From: Asterionella formosa
Lineage: Eukaryota
Direction of reading: 5' to 3'
Length of the DNA stretch: 64,000 bases
Assembly (NCBI GenBank): GCA_002256025.1
Contig: NKIB01012763.1
Coordinates: 1 to 64,000, forward strand
This document shows, one piece after another, positions 57,760-64,000 of this stretch (position 1 is the first letter of the stretch; each line of letters starts with the position of its first letter). A model generated the notes under the pieces. The model had not been told where the DNA came from and searched no databases. It worked only from the letters and a program-made list of their open reading frames with translations. The translations under genes and the position numbers were made by a program.

Positions 57760-58250
57760 ATATTGCAAATATAGCGGTAGGATGTTGCATCAGGCGTGAT
57801 AATGACTGTGACCACGATGTATATAGATTTAATGACATGCATCATGTTCATAATATTGGCAAGGCTATCAGGGAGTTGTGTCTGTTCATATTTACTATAC
57901 TTCATGGGCTTAAGGGTCATTCAGAAAATCTTTATGTATTTGCAAGTTCTAGTTGTTTTCAGCAAAATTTAGTCTTTGTCGGCAAGTTCTCAATGTAGAA
58001 AGAGATGATTTCTATTTCTATTCCAAAGCTAGAAGCCGGTTTGCTGAACTGGTTCATCAGCCAGCAAATCCGAGGTGTATTCAGAGACTGATTCTGAAAA
58101 TCATCATTGGTCAAGGAGAGAAATGTTTTTCCAAATTACTTGAGGAATATTATTTGCATCGAACGCTGGCCTATTTCATCTGGCAGGCATGGGATGATGA
58201 ACCATTGGGAGAGAGTCGAAACTGAAAGGGGTGCATAAAACGTGCTCTAC
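57760..58250 (+). repeat. Dispersed repeat family C, copy 1 (direct copy at ~61346-61910)
   Basis: Shared blocks ATTGCAAATATAGCGGT, TATTGGCAAGGCTATCAGGGA, GTAGAAAGAGATGATT, AGGAATATTATTTGCATCGAA.GCTGGCCTAT and AAACTGAAA.G..GCATAAA. Confidence 0.9.
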
Positions 58251-58477
58251 CAGACCTTCGCGGTAAACATCAGAAGAGCACGGAGTATTGAAATTTATTT
58301 TTCTTGCACACGTCGTGTGTGTCTTCATATCCTGTGTACCAGGTAGTGCCTAGAATAACGTCGTACCTACCTGGTACCACCGCTGTCGCAACAATTATTG
58401 TTTGAGCATCAGTTCCAAGCCTTCCATCAACCGCTGAAATTATAATTATCAACGTCTCTTCTCGCCTCCACCTTCAC

Positions 58478-59488
58478 ATGGACTCTCTTGCCGCTGCCGC
58501 TGCCGCAACCTTCGCTGCTACTGGTGGTCTGCCATCTACAGCACCCTCTCTGCCTTCGTCACAAGGTGGGATGGAAGATTTGCTGCCACTTGTATTGCAA
58601 TTAACGAATGCAGATCAAGTAAGTCTGAGCTTGCAGCAACCATCCTACATGTGCTCTCGCTTTTTTTCTTTCACTCATAAGCCTGCTTGTATGATTAACT
58701 TAAATTAGAGGGAAGTGGTCTTGTTGGAACTCTCCAAAAAGAGAGAATCTTTTGTCGATTTGGCTCCCATTCTATGGCATTCTCCTGGCACGATCGCGGC
58801 GCTACTGCAAGAGATTTGTTCCATCTATCCACTCTTGACACCACCAACACTAACGGCCCATGTATCAAATAGGGTTTGTAATGCCCTAGCCCTGCTTCAG
58901 TGTGTGGCTTCTCACAGCGAGACAAGGACTCCCTTTTTGCAAGCACATTTGCCACTCTACCTTTATCCCTTTCTCAACACGTCATCCAAGTCTCGCCCCT
59001 TTGAATACCTTCGGCTTACTTCTCTTGGGGTCATTGGAGCTCTTGTCAAGGTCGATGACTCGCAAGTCATTCAATTTTTGCTGCAGACTGAAATTATTCC
59101 GCTTTGTCTCAGGATTATGGAAACGGGTAGTGAACTGAGCAAGACGGTAGCTACCTTCATCATTCAAAAAATCCTCTTGGACGAGGCCGGCCTAAATTAC
59201 ATTTGTCAAACAGCAGAACGCTTCTATGCAGTTAGTACAGTCCTCGGAAACATGATACAGCTCCTACAGGTTCATCCATCTGTCCGACTTTTGAAACATG
59301 TTGTTCGTTGCTATTTACGTTTGGCCGACCACGAGCGAGCTCGAGAAGCCTTGCACACGTGCTTGCCAACCAGTTTGAGGGATAATACATTTGGTGCGGC
59401 ACTTCATTCGGATGCCACCATTCAAAAATGGTTGAGCCAATTGTTGGAAAGGGTGGAAACGAGCTCAGGAGGTGCTGGAGTCGAGTAA
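58478..59488 (+). CDS. CNOT9: CCR4-NOT subunit 9 (Rcd1/Caf40) (exons 58478-58618, 58709-59488)
   Basis: Motifs [64 protein letters not shown] and [17 protein letters not shown]; one 90-nt intron. Confidence 0.97.
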
Positions 59489-59949
59489 ACAGTTTCCTGA
59501 CAGGTAGAGGTGGGTTCATATGGCAACATTGCCATGCCAATAGTGAACTAGACAAGACAAGCTCGAAAAGTTTCAAAATTTCAAAACCTGATGTAAAAAT
59601 TATACATTGACTTGAAGGTTGGATCTTGCAACAAAATTTGTCCTGGTGCGTCAAATGAAGAGGAATCCGAAAGATGAAACAAAGACAACTCAATTAAAGC
59701 AGTAGAAAAATCTACGTAAACTATCTTGGTTGTTGCAAAGTAATCTTGGGAATTTTAGACATTCAGAAATATATCTGTGATGTGATGATAAATCAATTGT
59801 ATTCCTAGAATCTATAATATAACCTCATTTATTAAGCATCTTAAAACTACTCAAGGGCTAGTAGATGAACCTATATGGCATTTCCTCGCATTCACAGCCC
59901 AGTTATTTAGTTATTCGAGGCGCTGAAGGGCAGATACACTCTCTCTTGT

Positions 59950-60100
59950 GAGAGTCTGTGTGCACTGTGTGATTTGTGATTTGTGCTTTGTGAAGTGTGC
60001 TTTGTGCTCTGTGATTTATGCTGTGTGCTTTGTGGGATGTCCTTTGTGGAATGTCCTTTGTGGGATGTGCTTGATAGGACGTATTTTGTGGGACTGTTTT
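59950..60100 (+). repeat. Degenerate TG-rich minisatellite (TGTGCTTTGTG-like units)
   Basis: Repeated TGTGATTTGTG, TGTGCTTTGTG and TGTCCTTTGTGG units. Confidence 0.7.
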
Positions 60101-60749
60101 GTTGTCAATTGTCCAAGCCGTTGGTGCAATGTGAGAGATTCTGACGATGCTGTTTTCAAGGTCTGCCCATTTCTCCAGTACTGGTTTCCAGTCAGATTGA
60201 CGTTGGGGGGGGTGGCCAAACTAGGGGAGATTTTCTGTTCTTCATCCTTATAATAATGGCGATATAACTTGGCGTAATCACACAAATGCTATCATTCTAA
60301 AGGAATAATGTGTAATATATATTATGAATATATGTAGATAATATATACTTATATTCATTATTGTCATGATCACTCCCATGAATGTGCATGACGAACAAGT
60401 TGAGAATGACGATGCTGTTTCAGCTGTCACATACGGTAATCGTTTTGAGATTTATCGAAACTGGCGGTGCAATTACCAGTACCAGGTACCAAGAAGGCCC
60501 AGTAGCGCACGTTTTATGCGGACTTATTCAGTCTCGACTCACTCACTACCAATGACTCGTCCCTTGCCTACCTGACAAGATAGGCTGGCTTTCCATTCCG
60601 AACTCTCTTAAGAAACTTTCTATAATGTTAAATTATCAATCATTAAATTCAAGTCTTGCTCTGATCATCGAAATCGTGTTCATCCACTTCTGCTGGTATT
60701 GGTATTCAGCAACTGCAAGACGGTTTACAAATGGAATTCACCAATCAGT

Positions 60750-60866
60750 AACTTCTAGTCATAGTCAGCAAATTCTAGTTAGTCATAGTTAACAAATTCT
60801 AGTCGTTGTCAGCAAGTTCTAATGGTTGTCAGCAAGTTCTAGTCGTTTTCAGCAGATTTCTAGTTG
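60750..60866 (+). repeat. ~20-bp tandem repeat (CAGCAAATTCTAGTCGTTGT), second array at ~61545-61650
   Basis: Five to six degenerate units in each array. Confidence 0.8.
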
Positions 60867-61039
60867 TATGTACTCACCAACTGGATCAGTACTGGTACTC
60901 ATAAACAAAAGAGTCATTTTGAAAATTTCAATGGACTATTAATTGATATATTGTTATATAGAGAATCAAACAAAATTTGGCTCGACCTACAGATTTTCGT
61001 AGTGTAGCCGGTTGCATACTGTGAAAGTGTTGAATCTCG

Positions 61040-61280
61040 TCGTAACTTCGTCGTTTTGAATTGTGCATCATCTAAACTATGTGAAGAAAAGCGCCATTGG
61101 CGACTTCAATTTTCGTTGTCAATATTAGTGTTATTAGAATTATTTTTTGACGATTGTATTATCAATGTCGCGTTAGATATATGTAACCAATAGCAAATCA
61201 TCATTCTCATTTTCGTGGAGGAATTCGCTATTTTCATCATGGTCAAGGCAGAGATGGCATGATGCAGGATTCTCCAGCTG
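61040..61280 (-). repeat. Dispersed repeat family A, copy 2
   Basis: Reverse-complement similarity to 8675-8915. Confidence 0.8.
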
Positions 61281-61345
61281 CTCGCAAGAACTACACTGTA
61301 GCCTTATATACCATATATATATAGAAAACTTGAAAACTACCAAGT

Positions 61346-61910
61346 ATTGCAAATATAGCGGTCCCTGTTACCCCGGAAGGCTGTTGCATCGACTCTGACA
61401 ATGTTTATAGATTTGACGTTGTGTATGTTCATAGTATTGGCAAGGCTATCAGGGGATAGTGGTTGTGTCTGTTCATGTATATACTTCATAGTCGGTATAA
61501 GGATCATCATTCAGAAAATCTATTCTATTCGTATCCATAAGTTCCAGTCGTTGTCAGCAAACTCTAATTGGTGTTGTCAGCAAATTCTAGTCGTTGTTGG
61601 CAAGTTCTAATTGTTACAAGCAAATTCTAGTCATTGTCAGCAAGCTCTACTAAACGTAGAAAGAGATGATTCCTATTTGTATTCTGAAGCTAGAAGACGG
61701 TTTACTGAACAGGTTCATCAGTCAGTAAATCCGAGTCGTGTTCAGAGACAGATTCTGCAAATCGTCATCGATCAATAAGAGTAGCGTTTTCCTAAATTAC
61801 TTAAGGAATATTATTTGCATCGAAAGCTGGCCTATCTCATCAGGCGACAGGCATGAAAAGAATCATTGGGAGTGGGTCAAACTGAAAAGGTGCGCATAAA
61901 ATTTGCGCTA
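61346..61910 (+). repeat. Dispersed repeat family C, copy 2, with an expanded internal 20-bp array
   Basis: Collinear similarity to 57760-58250. Confidence 0.9.
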
Positions 61911-63159
61911 ACGGCTTGAAGGAAGATATGAGTGACCCTATCATGAAGGAATTTAATTGGTTGATCACTAAACTACACAGGTAATGAAAGTACCCTGTAT
62001 TGGCAATTTTGGGTCCGTTTTAAACCAGTTTTCGTCCTCCAATCCAGGCATACCTTTTAATGGGCGTCACAAGCAATGTTTTCCATGACTAGGAATCGGT
62101 CATTTTCTATATTTTTCCGAAAAAAAGGCGATGAACCATTCCAATAAAAAATTGGCCAAAGGTCGGTATGTCAAGTCGAATACAAGGTGAAAATAACTCC
62201 AGGTGTCACTCTAATTCAAGGTGTTCCCATATTTGTCGTGAGAATATCATTCAATTCAAGGTATACGCTGTATTGGGCTCAAACTTTCAAATTTGCTATT
62301 TTTTCTGGCTGGCATATGATCATATCTTGTCGCTCAAAATATTCTGTAATGAGTGTGTATAGCATATATCCCGGAATATCATCACTGAGTTGATCCTATT
62401 TATTGTCATGACAAAAAAACCTCCAAGGCAGTTCTTATCTTTTACAATGATGTGCGGAAACCATTTTCTCACCACTGTTTCAGTAACATCCAGCTGAACA
62501 GGGAATACTCTCAATCATAGGTAAGGTGCCATGTTTAAGGAATTAAAAAAATTTACGCCATAGCATGTAGATCCTGCCACTTTCTTGAACATGACAAAAA
62601 CTTGTGTGTGCATTATTTCTCACCTATAATCGTGATTCTTTTTATTTCAGGGAAGCTTCTGATACACCATCTATGTGTCAATGCTCCTTTCGATGCAATT
62701 GAAGGATCAGTGAATTTATGAGTGATTGGAAAGGAAACACTCAGCTCCGGTTGTTTTTTGAAGAATGATGTAAGTCGTCCACATTGGTGAAGGTTTTGTT
62801 GTCATTTTGTTTGTGCATGCTATTTCACAACCATGGCTGCTCTTCTTGCTTCTGTCGTTGAATTGTTTCACTGTCAACATCGCTCAGAGCGCTCCAATTT
62901 GCATTGGCTGGTAAAGGATTGTTGAATTGTGATGATGGCAAGCAATGCTTGGGCTCAATTTTTAACAGATGACTTAAATATTTCCAGAAATTCTATATTG
63001 CTGTAGGACTTGAAAAAATTGATTTATTTCTTGTTAAACAACAGAATTTATATTTATGGTGGTAAAATAGTATAGTATTATAGGCAATAGCTAGTTTGCT
63101 ATTAACCTTAAAATGATTATCCTCATACTGTATTGCTTACTGGGTTGTGCAAATGAGTT

Positions 63160-63430
63160 ATTGGGTCCCATTCAAGCAGGGCTACTTTGTATTGGGTCCA
63201 AACCAAGGTACACCTTGTATGGGCATCTCCAAAACAAGGTATGCATTAAATTGGCACTGGAATATTTCCTTGTATCATGAAAAGCACGGATTTGCAACCC
63301 AAAAGACGAAGCTAGTGAATACAAGGTCAACCTTGTTTTGGAAATTACTTTTTCACCTTGTATCGGATTCCAATACAAGGTATTTTCGTTTCCTGTGTAA
63401 TATGGATTGCCCAAGCCTCATGTATCAAGA
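63160..63430. repeat. Cluster of CCAATACAAGG / CCTTGTATTGG motifs in both orientations, probably subterminal repeats of a DNA transposon
   Basis: About eight degenerate copies. The same motif clusters at 10383-10460 and appears at ~61992 and ~62178. Confidence 0.55.
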
Positions 63431-64000
63431 AATTTTTCGTCGTTTTCCGCAACTACAAAAGTCAACACAGTAAATTGCTTATTGTAAAGAACTGTCTCAT
63501 AATTTCAATTGTTGGTCATCCTGACCAGTTCCAATTAGCGCGCTTCTCACCATCGATAGCAGGGCTCATTGTGGAGAACCTCCGATGGAGAGATTGCAAA
63601 ACGAGGACTCATGGGTTGAGGAATCTGTCATTTCTGAAACCAGTAGAGTATAAAACGAGTCAGTTTAGTTAAAGCAAGCAGAACAACAAGAATAATTATG
63701 TTTTGATATGGATAGTGCATATAATATTATTACTATTATTTATGTTCTGTTTCAGTCATTGGCTCTGCTTCCACCACTCAAGCGATTCTTCAATGCACAA
63801 AAGCAGCTCCATTTCAATGAACACATGCAATAATCAACAGTGCACAGGAAGGTTTATTTTTGCTGCTATGGGATTCATGGTCTGACTGCAAGAGCCAAAC
63901 CAATCCTGCATACCCTGAGCACAGGTGATGTTGATCAAGCAGCCTCAGCAACTTCAGCAGTTCAGTGTGTGGGCATTTTTAGAATCATGGAGTCAGTTTG

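Noticed and set aside
57504..58225. ORFs of 164 aa and 90 aa upstream of CNOT9
   Set aside because: They lie in dispersed repeat family C, and the second copy does not preserve the frames.
60750..61650. 20-bp repeats as a possible CRISPR array
   Set aside because: The units are contiguous and degenerate with no unique spacers, there are no cas genes, and the context is eukaryotic.
61950..64000. Degenerate coding-like fragments at the right end of the window
   Set aside because: There are many stops and no identifiable motif; only the repeat-motif cluster is reported.

Overview
This is eukaryotic nuclear DNA, almost certainly from a diatom. The evidence is short GT-AG introns, bipartite signal+F plastid presequences (e.g. 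SAA-FAP on PGK) and gene islands separated by AT-rich, transposon-scarred spacers. It holds 17 protein-coding genes: a Golgi-type sulfotransferase, TMEM234-like, ISCU, AAGAB/p34, AP-4 sigma, MAD2, plastid RimM, ELP1, a tesmin/TSO1-like CXC protein, POLD1, a single-chain MPC1-MPC2 pyruvate carrier, plastid PGK, an unknown plastid/thylakoid protein, TRM5, a PrsW-family protease with a Cys-rich domain, a Cys-rich double-KH protein, a telobox Myb protein and CNOT9. Exon structures were reconstructed by hand. Mobile DNA includes a decayed DIRS/Ngaro-like RT-RNaseH, two complementary halves of a Ty3/Gypsy element on opposite strands, possible hAT remnants, Stowaway-like ends and several dispersed repeats. 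The most notable observations are: AAGAB head-to-head with a client AP sigma subunit; an apparent ~8 kb inversion that splits a Gypsy element (and possibly a hAT); a remodelled Fe-S (CysB) motif in Pol delta; a natural MPC1-MPC2 fusion; and palindromic CCAGGTACCTGG/ACCGGT arrays at gene flanks that also border both LTRs. All family assignments come from motif recognition by eye; no database searches were run.
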